Shown one piece after another: positions 53,732 to 63,639 of a DNA stretch of 64,000 bases. The translations under genes were made by a program, and so were the position numbers. Under the pieces are notes generated by a model. The model was not told where the DNA came from, did not search any database, and was given only the letters and a program-made list of their open reading frames with translations. This DNA is from Xanthobacteraceae bacterium (GTDB lineage: Bacteria > Pseudomonadota > Alphaproteobacteria > Rhizobiales > Xanthobacteraceae), in assembly GCA_035703785.1 (NCBI GenBank), contig DASSXN010000118.1:40202-104201 (forward strand). Reading direction: 5' to 3'. Position 1 is the stretch's first letter, and each line of letters starts with the position of its first letter.

Positions 53732-54997
53732 ATGAAAGTAATCATCGCAGGCGGCGGGATCGGCGGGCTCACCACCGCGCTGATGCTGCATGCGCGCGGT
53801 ATTGAATGCGAAGTGTTCGAGCAATCCGAGCAAATCCGCGAGCTCGGCGTCGGCATCAATACGCTGCCGCATGCAATCAAGGAGCTCGCTGGTCTCGGGC
53901 TTTTGCAACGGCTCGATGCGGTCGCGATCCGGACCTATGAGCTGTTCTACACCAATCGCTTTGGCCAGGAGATCTGGCGCGAGCCGCGCGGGCTCGACGC
54001 CGGCTATGACGTGCCGCAGTTTTCGATCCATCGCGGCCGGCTGCAGGGTGTGATTCACGACGCCGTGCGCGAGCGGATCGGCGAGCAACACATCCATACC
54101 GGCCATCGCCTCGGCACCTTCCGCCAGGATGAATCCGGCGTCGCCGCCTATTTCTTCGACCGCACCGGCGCGCACCGCGCCACGGCCTGCGGCGATATCT
54201 TGGTCGGCGCCGACGGCATTCATTCGGCGGTGCGCGACGCGCTTTATCCCAGTGAGGGCCCGGCGCGCTGGAACGGCGCCATGCTGTGGCGCGGTGCGAC
54301 CGAATGGCCGCGATTCTTGACCGGCCGCTCCATGATCGTGGCCGGCGGCATGGCGGCGAAACTCGTCGTCTATCCGATCGCCGAAGGCCCCCGCGAGGAT
54401 CTGCGGCTCACCAACTGGGCGGTGGTGGCCAAGATCGGCGACGGTTCGACGCCGCCGCCGCGCAAGGAGGATTGGTCGCGCCCCGGGCACATCGAAGAAC
54501 TGGAGCCGCACATACGGCGGTTCGAAATTCGGCACGTCGATGCGCAAGCCTTGATCGCGGCAACGCCGGAATTTTGGGAATATCCGATGTGCGACCGCGA
54601 TCCGCTGCCGCGCTGGTCATTTGGGCGCGTGACGCTGCTCGGCGATGCCGCACATCCGATGTATCCCGTCGGTTCGAACGGCGCCTCCCAGGCCATTCTC
54701 GACGCTCGCGCTCTTGCTGATCATTTGATTGCCGCCGATCATCCCATGCAAGCGCTGTGGGCCTACGAGCGCGATCGCTTGCCGCCGACGGCGCAAATCG
54801 TGCAAATGAATCGAACCGGCGGACCGGAAGGCGTTATCGACGCGGTCGAGGAACGCGCACCCGACGGATTTTCCGATATCGACGCCGTGCTTTCTTATGA
54901 GCAGCGCAAAGCCATCGTGCGCGGCTATGCCGCGACCGCGGGCTTCGCCAAAGAACAGGTCAATACGGCTCCCGCCGCTGCCGCCGGCGGGCGATGA
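53732..54997 (+). CDS. FAD-dependent monooxygenase (salicylate/3-hydroxybenzoate hydroxylase-like)
   Basis: MKVIIAGGGIGGLTTAL (GxGxxG), LVGADGIHSAVR and LLGDAAHPMYPVGSNGASQAILDA motifs. Confidence 0.9.
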   Translation: MKVIIAGGGIGGLTTALMLHARGIECEVFEQSEQIRELGVGINTLPHAIKELAGLGLLQRLDAVAIRTYELFYTNRFGQEIWREPRGLDAGYDVPQFSIHRGRLQGVIHDAVRERIGEQHIHTGHRLGTFRQDESGVAAYFFDRTGAHRATACGDILVGADGIHSAVRDALYPSEGPARWNGAMLWRGATEWPRFLTGRSMIVAGGMAAKLVVYPIAEGPREDLRLTNWAVVAKIGDGSTPPPRKEDWSRPGHIEELEPHIRRFEIRHVDAQALIAATPEFWEYPMCDRDPLPRWSFGRVTLLGDAAHPMYPVGSNGASQAILDARALADHLIAADHPMQALWAYERDRLPPTAQIVQMNRTGGPEGVIDAVEERAPDGFSDIDAVLSYEQRKAIVRGYAATAGFAKEQVNTAPAAAAGGR

Positions 54998-55139
54998 CGA
55001 ACGGAACAAAGCTGCCAGCTATTGTCTTGAATTGGCAGCAGGCCCAGTATGCCTGATGGCGTGCGCGGCTTTTAAAAATGCTGCGCAACTCGACTTTGAT
55101 CGAACGAGCGCGTTCCGTCTTACAGTTGTGAGTTCGCCA

Positions 55140-55376
55140 ATGAGCAAGCATTCTGATCAAGTGGTCAACGATATTGCCGGGCGCTATTTCCTCGTGCTCG
55201 GTGCTGCCGCCGCAGATTTGTGGAGCGAATTGCCGCAAGATCTGCAACAGCAATTGTTCGAGCGCGCCGTGCTGCTCGGTCACCAAGGCGAGCAAGACGA
55301 GAGCTTGCGCGAGCAATTGGCGAAATTTCTCCACGACCATCACGAGAGAACCGCCCAGGCATTGCCGGGCCGCTAA
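55140..55376 (+). CDS. hypothetical small protein (78 aa)
   Basis: ATG ORF after the monooxygenase gene. Helical, acidic sequence. The SD is weak. Confidence 0.4.
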   Translation: MSKHSDQVVNDIAGRYFLVLGAAAADLWSELPQDLQQQLFERAVLLGHQGEQDESLREQLAKFLHDHHERTAQALPGR

Positions 55377-55408
55377 TTTGATCGCCTCGCCGCCGCCCAG
55401 GATCGACC

Positions 55409-55714
55409 ATGCCGAGCAATCGAGATCAGCCCGAACGGCCGCGCCGAGAACCTGAAATCATTCCGCCGGGCAATGATCGGCCCGGCCGGGATTCGCGCTG
55501 GCCGCCGAGCTATGGATTTAACGAGCGTCGCAGCACGCACCGCGTCTATGTAAGTCGCATCGGACCGCTCGGCTTTGCACTGCTGTTGCTTATGCTCGCG
55601 TTGTTTGGCGGCGTCTTCCTGCTGGCGCTGATTGGCGCGGCGCTGATCTGGTTTCCGGTATTGCTCGTGTTTGCCGTCATAGCCGCCATCGTCGGGCTGA
55701 TCCGGCGGCTGTAG
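55409..55714 (+). CDS. hypothetical small membrane protein (101 aa)
   Basis: AGGA SD. Arg/Pro-rich N-terminus followed by two hydrophobic helices. Confidence 0.5.
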   Translation: MPSNRDQPERPRREPEIIPPGNDRPGRDSRWPPSYGFNERRSTHRVYVSRIGPLGFALLLLMLALFGGVFLLALIGAALIWFPVLLVFAVIAAIVGLIRRL

Positions 55715-55990
55715 GGACCCGTCGGCACAGGACCGGGGTCGGGTCGGCAATGTAACAAATCCCTCGCCAGGCCGGACCTGTCTTAAGTGCCTGGCCAAAG
55801 AACTTGGTTTCGCCTGCGGCGTTGAATCAACAACGTTAATGGGAAGGCGGCGCCATCTTAATTAAGTTTAATGCGCCGCTCATTCCCAAACCGGTATAGT
55901 CCGGCGCACCGCGCCGATGCCGGCCAAAAGCCCCGGAAATCGGTTAGATCGCGGTTTGAGCGGTAAGGAAAGGAAGCTTAAGCTACGCCC

Positions 55991-57166
55991 ATGGGGATGC
56001 GGATAACCGGGCGGGATTCCCGGCAGATTTTTTTTATCATCGCGGGGATTGCTGTCGCGTCCTTGGCCGCCGCGATAATCTTCTGGCGCCATACGACCTC
56101 GCAGGCGGCGCAAACACCGGCGCGCCCTTCGGTCCCGGTGACGGTCACCGAAGCCGCCGTCCGCGACGTGCCGATTTATTCTCATGCGCTGGGAACGGTC
56201 CAGGCGCTCAACACCGTGGCCATCCGCGCTCAGGTCAACGGCCAAATCCTCTCGATCAATTTCCGCCAGGGCCAGGAGGTGCATCAAGGCGACGTCCTCG
56301 CCAGGATCGATCCGGCGCCATTGAAAGCCGCGCTCGACCAGGCGATAGCAAAAAAGACTCAGGACGAAGCGCAATTGATTGCGGCGCAGAAAGACCTGGC
56401 CCGCTTCAAAACTCTGGCGCTGAAAAGCTACGAGACCCAGCAGAACGTCGATTTGCAGCAGGCCAAGGTGGACACCGCCAAAGCGACCATCGACGCCGAT
56501 CAAGCCGCGATTGAGGCGGCGCAGACTCAGCTCGACTATGCGACGATAACCGCGCCGATCGACGGCGTGGTCGGCTTTCGCCAGATCGATATCGGCAACA
56601 TCATTCACACCACCGACGCCAACCCGCTTACCGTACTCACGCAGATCAAGCCGACCACAGTAATTTGTACGCTGCCGCAGAGTTATCTCGGACTGGTCCG
56701 CGAGGCGATGCTGCGCGGTGAGGTCAAGGTGTTGGCGCTCGATCAGGACGGTAAGAATCAAGTCGCCGAAGGCAAGCTGCTTCTGATCAACAATCAGATC
56801 GATCAGACCACCAGCACGATTCAGCTCAAGGCAGAATTCCCCAACGAAGACCAGCGTCTGTGGCCTGGCGAATTTGTGCGCGTGCGCTTGCTCATCACCA
56901 CGCGTAAGAACGTCGTCACGATACCGGCGCTCGCGCTGCAGCGCGGTCCTGCGGGCTTTTACGTTTGGATCGTAAAGCCTGACGAAACCGTTGAGCAGAG
57001 ACCGATCGAAGCATTCCAGGCAGACGAAGACATTGTCATTGCCACCAAAGGCCTTAATGCGGGCGAGACCGTTGTCCTCGAAGGACAATCGCGCCTTGAT
57101 GTCGGGACCCATGTCGCGATCCGGTCGCCAAAAACACCCGTGGCGCAGCAGCCGGATAATTCCTGA
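55991..57166 (+). CDS. RND efflux periplasmic adaptor subunit (MdtA-like)
   Basis: Membrane anchor, lipoyl/hairpin motifs (V.AQVNGQI..I.F.QGQEV.QGDVLA.IDP) and TAPIDGVVG. Confidence 0.92.
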   Translation: MGMRITGRDSRQIFFIIAGIAVASLAAAIIFWRHTTSQAAQTPARPSVPVTVTEAAVRDVPIYSHALGTVQALNTVAIRAQVNGQILSINFRQGQEVHQGDVLARIDPAPLKAALDQAIAKKTQDEAQLIAAQKDLARFKTLALKSYETQQNVDLQQAKVDTAKATIDADQAAIEAAQTQLDYATITAPIDGVVGFRQIDIGNIIHTTDANPLTVLTQIKPTTVICTLPQSYLGLVREAMLRGEVKVLALDQDGKNQVAEGKLLLINNQIDQTTSTIQLKAEFPNEDQRLWPGEFVRVRLLITTRKNVVTIPALALQRGPAGFYVWIVKPDETVEQRPIEAFQADEDIVIATKGLNAGETVVLEGQSRLDVGTHVAIRSPKTPVAQQPDNS

Positions 57167-60100
57167 TGAATTTTTCGGAAGTCTTCATTAGGCGGCCGAT
57201 CGCTACGTCGTTATTGATGGCCGCATTGGCGCTCGTTGGCATCGTCGCTTTCCCGCTGCTGCCGGTGGCGCCGTTGCCGCAGGTCGACTTCCCGACCATC
57301 CAGGTGCTTGCCACCGTCCCCGGCGCCAGTCCCGAAACCATGGCGGCCACGGTGGCGACGCCGCTGGAGCGGCAGTTCGGCCAGATTGCCGGCGTGTCGC
57401 AAATGAGTTCGGTGAGTTCGCTGGGCTCGACCGTCGTGACGCTGCAATTCGATCTCAACCGTAACATTGACGGCGCGGCGCAGGACGTTCAGGCGGCAAT
57501 CACGGCCGCCGGTTCCCAGCTGCCGAAAAACCTGTCCACGCCACCGACTTACCGCAAGGTTAATCCAGCGGATTCGCCGATTCTGATCGTATCGGCGAAT
57601 TCGGAAACGCTTCCGCTCACCAAAGTTGACGATTTCGCCGAGAACGTCGTCGCCCAGCAGATTTCACAGATTGCGGGCGTGGCGCAGGTGATTATCGGCG
57701 GCCAGCAACGTCCTGCCATTCGCGTACAAGTCGACCCGGCCAAACTGACCGCTCGCCAGCTCACGCTCGCCGACGTGCGCGCCGCGCTCGCCAACGCCAC
57801 GACCGATGCCGCCAAAGGCACGATGCTGGGCGACCAACAAAGCTTCACGATTGCCGCCAATGATCAGCTGGTCGAACCGGAGGCCTACAACAAGGTCATC
57901 ATCGACTACCGCAATAACGCGCCGATTCGCGTCAGCGACGTGGGCGAGGCAGTCTCGGGACCCCAGGATAGGACCCTCGGCGCCCTGCATCGGCATCAGA
58001 CCGCAGTCATGCTGCTGGTGTTCAAGCAGCCCGGCGCCAACGTGATCGACACGGTCGACAACATAAAAACCGCGCTGACGCGGATGCATTCGCTGATTCC
58101 TACCGGCATTCATCTGACCACGATCGTCGACCGCACTCAGACCATTCGCGCCTCGGTCAAGGACGTCGAGTTCACGCTGGCGTTGTCCTGTGTGCTGGTC
58201 GTACTTGTCATCCTATTGTTCCTTCGCAGCATCCACGCGACGCTGATCCCAGGCGCCGCGGTGCCATTGTCGCTGCTCGGCGCCGTTGCCATCATCTATC
58301 TTGCCGGCTTTAGCCTCGACAATTTGTCATTGATGGCGTTGACCATCGCGGTCGGTTTCGTGGTCGACGACGCCATCGTCGTTGTCGAAAACATCTTCCG
58401 CCATCTGGAGGCTGGCACGACGCCGTTGCAATCCGCCATCAAGGGCGCCCGTGAGATCGGATTCACCGTTCTCTCGATCAGCGTGTCACTAATCGCTGTT
58501 TTCATTCCGCTGTTGCTGATGAGCGGCATTGTCGGGCGGCTGTTCCACGAATTCGCTATCACGGTAACGGCGGCCATCGTCGTTTCGGTCGTGGTCTCCC
58601 TGACATTGACGCCGATGCTGTGCTCGCGCTTTCTGGTCAGCGAGCACGATCGCGAACATGGCCGGCTTTATCGGATCATCGAGCGCGGCTTCGATTACAT
58701 TCTCGACCGCTACCGTCGCGCCCTCGATCTTGCCTTGCGCCACCAGTTCACCACTCTGATCGTATTCCTGGTGACCGTCGCCATCACCGGCGCGCTGTTC
58801 GTGATGATGCCGAAAGGCTTCTTCCCCGTTCAGGACATCGGCATGATCCTTGGAATTTCGGAAGCGGGACAGGACGTGTCGCCGCAGAAGATGCGGCAGA
58901 TCCAGCTGCAGCTTTCCGATGTCATCGCCCAGGACCCGGACGTCGCCGACTTCGGCTCGTTCTTCGGCCCGAGTTACGGCAACACGCAGAACACCGGCCG
59001 CTTCATCATTGGATTGAAGCTGCGCGACGACCGTGCAGCTTCGGCCTCGCAGATCATCGACCGGTTGCGTCCAAAGCTCGCGCAGGTTGTCGGCGTGCGG
59101 CTGTTCCTGCAGCCGGCGCAGGACATCACCGTCGGTGGCCGCATCGCCCGCGGCCAATTCCAGTACGTATTGCAGGACCCCGATCTGCATGAGCTCGACA
59201 CATGGGCGCCGCGGCTCACCGCCAAGCTGAAGACGCTACCGGAATTGGCCGACGTCGCCACCGACGCGCAGAACGCCGCACCGCTGCTCACCATCACCAT
59301 CAATCGGGACGCCGCTGCGCGCTTTGGCATTCAGCCGCAGCAGATTGATGCCACGATCAACGCCGCCTTCGGCCAGGATCAGGTCACGCAGTATTTCACC
59401 AACAATTCTTATTATGTTGTGCTCGAGGTACTGCCTGAATTGCAGGGCAAACTCCGAACGCTGGACGACCTGTACATCAAGGCACCGACCAACGGACAAC
59501 TGGTGCCGCTCTCGACCGTGGTGCAGGTCGATACCGCTCACATCGGTCCACTCCTGGTATCGCATTCCGGCCAATTCCCGGCGGTGACGCTGACCTTCAA
59601 TCTGCCGCCAGGGGTGGCGCTCGGCCAAGCAGTCGACGCCATCAATCGAGCGTCTGCTGAGATCGGAATGCCGCAGTCGCTGATCGGCAGCTTCCAGGGC
59701 AACGCGCAGGCGTTTCAGGCGGCGCTGTCGAACGAGCCGATCCTGATCGCAGCGGCGCTGGTCGTCGTTTATGTCATCCTCGGCGTGCTCTATGAGAGCT
59801 ACATTCACCCGCTGACGATCCTGTCGACGCTGCCCTCGGCCGGCGTCGGCGCACTGTTGGCCTTATGGGCCGGCGGTTTCGACCTGTCGGTGATCGGCAT
59901 TGTCGGCATCATCCTCCTGATTGGCATCGTGAAGAAAAACGGCATCATGCTGGTCGACTTCGCCATCAACCGCGAGCGCGCGGGCCTAACGCCGCGCGAG
60001 GCGATCCGCCAGGCATGTCTGTTGCGATTCCGGCCGATCGTGATGACGACGATGACGGCACTATTAAGCGGCGTGGCGCTGATGTTCAGTCACGGCGCCG

Positions 60101-60282
60101 GCTCCGAGCTTCGCCAGCCGCTCGGTTATTCGATGGTCGGCGGATTGGCTTTGAGCCAGGCGTTGACGCTGTTCACCACGCCGGTGATTTATCTTTACCT
60201 CGACCGGTTCCAGACGTGGCTGCGCGGCGACAAAGAAGAACCACAACAGCCGCAGGAAGCGCTGCCGCTCGCAGCCGAGTGA
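57166..60282 (+). CDS. RND efflux permease (AcrB/MdtB/MdtC family)
   Basis: MNFSEVFIRRPIATSLLM N-terminus, 12-TM architecture with two large loops, and VVDDAIVVVENI. Start overlaps the adaptor stop (TGATG). Confidence 0.95.
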   Translation: MNFSEVFIRRPIATSLLMAALALVGIVAFPLLPVAPLPQVDFPTIQVLATVPGASPETMAATVATPLERQFGQIAGVSQMSSVSSLGSTVVTLQFDLNRNIDGAAQDVQAAITAAGSQLPKNLSTPPTYRKVNPADSPILIVSANSETLPLTKVDDFAENVVAQQISQIAGVAQVIIGGQQRPAIRVQVDPAKLTARQLTLADVRAALANATTDAAKGTMLGDQQSFTIAANDQLVEPEAYNKVIIDYRNNAPIRVSDVGEAVSGPQDRTLGALHRHQTAVMLLVFKQPGANVIDTVDNIKTALTRMHSLIPTGIHLTTIVDRTQTIRASVKDVEFTLALSCVLVVLVILLFLRSIHATLIPGAAVPLSLLGAVAIIYLAGFSLDNLSLMALTIAVGFVVDDAIVVVENIFRHLEAGTTPLQSAIKGAREIGFTVLSISVSLIAVFIPLLLMSGIVGRLFHEFAITVTAAIVVSVVVSLTLTPMLCSRFLVSEHDREHGRLYRIIERGFDYILDRYRRALDLALRHQFTTLIVFLVTVAITGALFVMMPKGFFPVQDIGMILGISEAGQDVSPQKMRQIQLQLSDVIAQDPDVADFGSFFGPSYGNTQNTGRFIIGLKLRDDRAASASQIIDRLRPKLAQVVGVRLFLQPAQDITVGGRIARGQFQYVLQDPDLHELDTWAPRLTAKLKTLPELADVATDAQNAAPLLTITINRDAAARFGIQPQQIDATINAAFGQDQVTQYFTNNSYYVVLEVLPELQGKLRTLDDLYIKAPTNGQLVPLSTVVQVDTAHIGPLLVSHSGQFPAVTLTFNLPPGVALGQAVDAINRASAEIGMPQSLIGSFQGNAQAFQAALSNEPILIAAALVVVYVILGVLYESYIHPLTILSTLPSAGVGALLALWAGGFDLSVIGIVGIILLIGIVKKNGIMLVDFAINRERAGLTPREAIRQACLLRFRPIVMTTMTALLSGVALMFSHGAGSELRQPLGYSMVGGLALSQALTLFTTPVIYLYLDRFQTWLRGDKEEPQQPQEALPLAAE

Positions 60283-60419
60283 AGATCTTCCACGCCGCCG
60301 GTTCCAAATTATTTTCTAAAATATTGTTCATACAAGTTCCGGCGCTGAAAGCATGTTCCGGGGAACGTGGCCCGGCCGCTTCGCGTTTCTCTTTCTGAGC
60401 GTAACAGTAACAGGAGGAG

Positions 60420-60695
60420 ATGATGAGAAAACTTGCGCTTGGAATTGGTACAGCGGCGCTGTTAACGGCAGCCGCGGCGGTGCCTGCAATGGCGCAGCTG
60501 GGGTTCTACGCGGGGCCGTATGGCGTGGGCGTCGGAGTCGGCGCGCCGGCATATTATAACTGCGGCTATTACGGCTATCCGTGCGGCGGCTACTACGACT
60601 ACTACGGCGGCCCTGACATCGTGGTCGGCGGCGGCTGGGGTGATGGTTGGCACCGTGGCTGGCATGGCGGCCACGCTCACTTCCATCACCGCTAA
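60420..60695 (+). CDS. small secreted Gly/Tyr-rich protein with His-rich C-terminus (91 aa)
   Basis: AGGAGGAG SD, signal peptide ...AVPAMA|Q, then GYYGYPCGGYYDYYGG and HRGWHGGHAHFHHR. Followed by a terminator. Confidence 0.6.
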   Translation: MMRKLALGIGTAALLTAAAAVPAMAQLGFYAGPYGVGVGVGAPAYYNCGYYGYPCGGYYDYYGGPDIVVGGGWGDGWHRGWHGGHAHFHHR

Positions 60696-60749
60696 GCATT
60701 ACCGCTAGCGTGGCTCACCGTGACGAGTTTGGCGCGGTGATCAGGCGGA

Positions 60750-60778
60750 AAGGGCTCCCGGATCGGGGGCCCTTTTTC
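60750..60778 (+). terminator. Rho-independent terminator
   Basis: aagggctcccg-gat-cgggggccc stem-loop followed by TTTTT. Confidence 0.65.
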
Positions 60779-61054
60779 GTTATGGGGCTCTTCCAAGCCC
60801 GCATTGCTCGGCAGCGGGCACGCTAGCGCACACCGGAATGTGAATTGAACCCTAGCGCTGCCGCACGCGTTCAGGGATGCATGGGCCGCCGTGAAGTGCC
60901 ATGATCACTGCACGACAAGCATGCTTCGTTCCTGCGGGAATATCCGCTGCAGCAAGAGAATCATGCTTCGATATAGCTCGGGCCGCTCGCGGGCAGCTCG
61001 CCGAAACCTTCGGGCTCGTGGCGCGCCCCATCAGTAAGTTCAGGAGGAGCGCCT

Positions 61055-61945
61055 ATGGCCAATTCGCGTATTCTTGTCGGAGCAACGAGGAGTCCTGCGC
61101 AACCGGTCGTTCGCCGCATTTCGTCAGCTGATATTTATTATGCGCTTACCCGCGGCATCGACGATTTCACCGCGGTTCCCAGCCACGCGGTCTTTCTATG
61201 CGTGATCTATCCGTTGCTTGGACTCTTGCTAATCGGCATCACGCTCGGCCATTCGCTGTCGCTATTGCCGCTGGCATTCCCGATCGCCGCCGGTTTCGCT
61301 TTGGTCGGACCGCTTGCCGCCATCGGTCTCTATGAACTGAGCCGGCGTCGCGAAGCCGGACTGGACAGTTCGACACGCCATGCGCTCGATGTGCTGCATT
61401 CGCCCTCGCTCGGCGCGATCATCGCGCTCGGCGTGCTGTTGATGGCGCTGTTCCTGATCTGGCTGGTGGTCGCCGAAGCGCTCTATATCGCAATATTCGG
61501 CTATTCGCCGCCGGCTTCGATCACGCAATTCGTGCATGACGTGCTGACCACGCCGCGCGGATGGACTCTTATCATGGTCGGCACCGGAATCGGTTTTCTG
61601 TTCGCGGCGCTCGTGCTATCGATCAGTGCGATTTCATTTCCGCTGCTGCTCGACCGCGACGTCGGCGCTGCGGTCGCGGTATACACATCGCTTCGGGTGA
61701 TGGCGGCAAACCCGCTGCCGATGGCGCTGTGGGGATTAATCGTCGCCGCGCTGTTGGTGATCGGATCGATTCCCTTCTTCGTTGGTCTCACAGTGGTGAT
61801 GCCGGTGCTCGGGCACGCGACCTGGCATCTGTACCGGCGGGCGGTCGAGCCCGATGCAAATCCGCACCCGGACTACGCGCCACGCGAACGGCCGCGCCGT
61901 TCGGCGGCCGATTTTCCGGCGGCGCTGTTCCCGACCCGCGAGTAG
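61055..61945 (+). CDS. DUF2189 domain membrane protein
   Basis: L..G..DF.......VFLCVIYPLLGLLL architecture with about 5 TM helices. AGGAGGAG SD. Confidence 0.8.
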   Translation: MANSRILVGATRSPAQPVVRRISSADIYYALTRGIDDFTAVPSHAVFLCVIYPLLGLLLIGITLGHSLSLLPLAFPIAAGFALVGPLAAIGLYELSRRREAGLDSSTRHALDVLHSPSLGAIIALGVLLMALFLIWLVVAEALYIAIFGYSPPASITQFVHDVLTTPRGWTLIMVGTGIGFLFAALVLSISAISFPLLLDRDVGAAVAVYTSLRVMAANPLPMALWGLIVAALLVIGSIPFFVGLTVVMPVLGHATWHLYRRAVEPDANPHPDYAPRERPRRSAADFPAALFPTRE

Positions 61946-61994
61946 CGCGGTCAGGGTCAAATCGGGCTCGCCGGCGCGACCGCGCGCCGCCTCG

Positions 61995-62024
61995 GCACGC
62001 GGTTTGTCAGCACGCGGTTTGTCA
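61995..62024 (+). repeat. 15-bp tandem repeat x2 (GCACGCGGTTTGTCA) upstream of the acyl-CoA ligase gene
   Basis: Read directly from the sequence. A partial third unit (gcgcgtgg) follows. Confidence 0.9.
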
Positions 62025-62082
62025 GCGCGTGGCGATGGCCTATCATGTCCGGCGCGGTAAAGTCGCGAGCCGGTTGTGTTGC

Positions 62083-63639
62083 ATGCTCGACCTCGGTCTA
62101 AGCTTTCTCGGCAGCGTTGCCCGCGATCCCAATGCGCTGGCGATCGTCGATGGCGAGCTGCGCTTAACCTATGCGCAATGGTACCGGCGCATCTCGGCCG
62201 TAGTCGCTGGCCTCGATTCGATCGGACTTGTGCCCGGCGATCACATCGTGACCGCGGTGCAGAACCGCTGGGAAGCCGCCACCCTGCATTGGGCTTGTCA
62301 ATTTGCCGGCATGATCATCACGCCGGTGAACTGGCGATCGACGGCGGGTGAACTCGATTTCTTTCTGCAGGACGCCGACGCCAAAGCGCTGGTCTATGAG
62401 GACCCCTCCGCGGCCGCCGCTAGTGGGTCGCAACTGGCGGCGCGGCTGCCGCGCATTGCGCTCGACAGCGTCTCTCCCGGTGCGACGCCATTTGCCGCTC
62501 TCGCCGACGGCGACGCGTCCGAGACGCGCCCGCGTGCTGACGCCGAGGCCTGGTCGGTGATGCTCTACACGTCCGGCACGACGGCACGGCCGAAGGGCGT
62601 TCCGCGCCGGCAACGCGCCGAGCGCGCCGCCGCTTTGGCCCATGTCGCGCAAAATCTTTACGGCCGCGGCGAGCGAACGCTTGGCGTCATGCCGCTTTAT
62701 CACACGATGGGCGTCCGCTCGCTGTTGGCGATGTCGCTTATCGGCGGCGCTTTTATCTGCTTGCGCCGGTTCGATCCTGCCGAAGCCTTACGGTTGATTG
62801 CGGCCGAGCGCGTGAGCAATCTCTATCTAGTGCCGACGCTCTATCACGACCTCGTGCACCATCCGCTGTTCGCGCAAACCGATACCAGTTCGGTGCGCAA
62901 GCTCGGCTTTGCCGGTGCGCCGATGACCGACGGGCTACTCAACAAATTGCAAGCGGCGTTCCGGCCGGATTTGTTCGTCAATCATTACGGCTCGTCCGAG
63001 ATCTATACGTTCACCATCGAGGCGAACGCGCCGGCAAAGCCGGGATCCGCCGGCCGCGCCGGGATCAATCAAATCGTGCGCGTGGTTAAGCTCGGCGCCA
63101 AATCCGTGGACGAGCTCGCGGCGCCCGGCCAGGAAGGCGAGATCATCGCGCTTCTCGCCGGCGATGAATCCTTCGACGGCTATTGGCGCCGTCCGGATGC
63201 CGACGCCAAAGCGTTACGGCAGGGCTGGTATTTCACCGGCGACACCGGTTTCGTCGACGCCGACGGCGACATCTTCGTCACCGGGCGGGTCGACGACATG
63301 ATCATCACCGGCGGCGAAAACGTTTCTCCGGTGGAGATCGAATCCTGTCTGTCGCTGCACGCGGCGGTGTCGGAAGTCGCCGTGGTCGGATTGCCCGACG
63401 AACGCTGGGGCAGGATCATTGCCGCTTTCGTCAAGCGCCGCGCGGCGATCGAAGCCGATGAGCTTGACGCCTTCTGCCGGGCCGCCGGCCTTGCCAATTT
63501 CAAGCGGCCGCGCCGCTATGTCTTCGTGACTGAAATACCGAAGTCGCCGGTCGGCAAACTCTTGCGCCGCAAGCTCGCCGCCGGCGACTATACGCCCGAG
63601 CCGGCTACTGCGCCGCGCCAGCAAGGAACGGCGGCATGA
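62083..63639 (+). CDS. AMP-binding acyl-CoA synthetase/ligase (aromatic-acid CoA ligase-like)
   Basis: MLYTSGTTARPKGV (AMP-binding motif), YGSSE, GWYFTGD and PKSPVGKLLRR motifs. Start at MLDLGLSF (ATG 62083). Confidence 0.9.
   Translation: MLDLGLSFLGSVARDPNALAIVDGELRLTYAQWYRRISAVVAGLDSIGLVPGDHIVTAVQNRWEAATLHWACQFAGMIITPVNWRSTAGELDFFLQDADAKALVYEDPSAAAASGSQLAARLPRIALDSVSPGATPFAALADGDASETRPRADAEAWSVMLYTSGTTARPKGVPRRQRAERAAALAHVAQNLYGRGERTLGVMPLYHTMGVRSLLAMSLIGGAFICLRRFDPAEALRLIAAERVSNLYLVPTLYHDLVHHPLFAQTDTSSVRKLGFAGAPMTDGLLNKLQAAFRPDLFVNHYGSSEIYTFTIEANAPAKPGSAGRAGINQIVRVVKLGAKSVDELAAPGQEGEIIALLAGDESFDGYWRRPDADAKALRQGWYFTGDTGFVDADGDIFVTGRVDDMIITGGENVSPVEIESCLSLHAAVSEVAVVGLPDERWGRIIAAFVKRRAAIEADELDAFCRAAGLANFKRPRRYVFVTEIPKSPVGKLLRRKLAAGDYTPEPATAPRQQGTAA

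Noticed and set aside
55880-57112. 410-aa minus-strand ORF
   Set aside because: It is antisense to the RND adaptor gene, which has clear family motifs. This is a shadow ORF.
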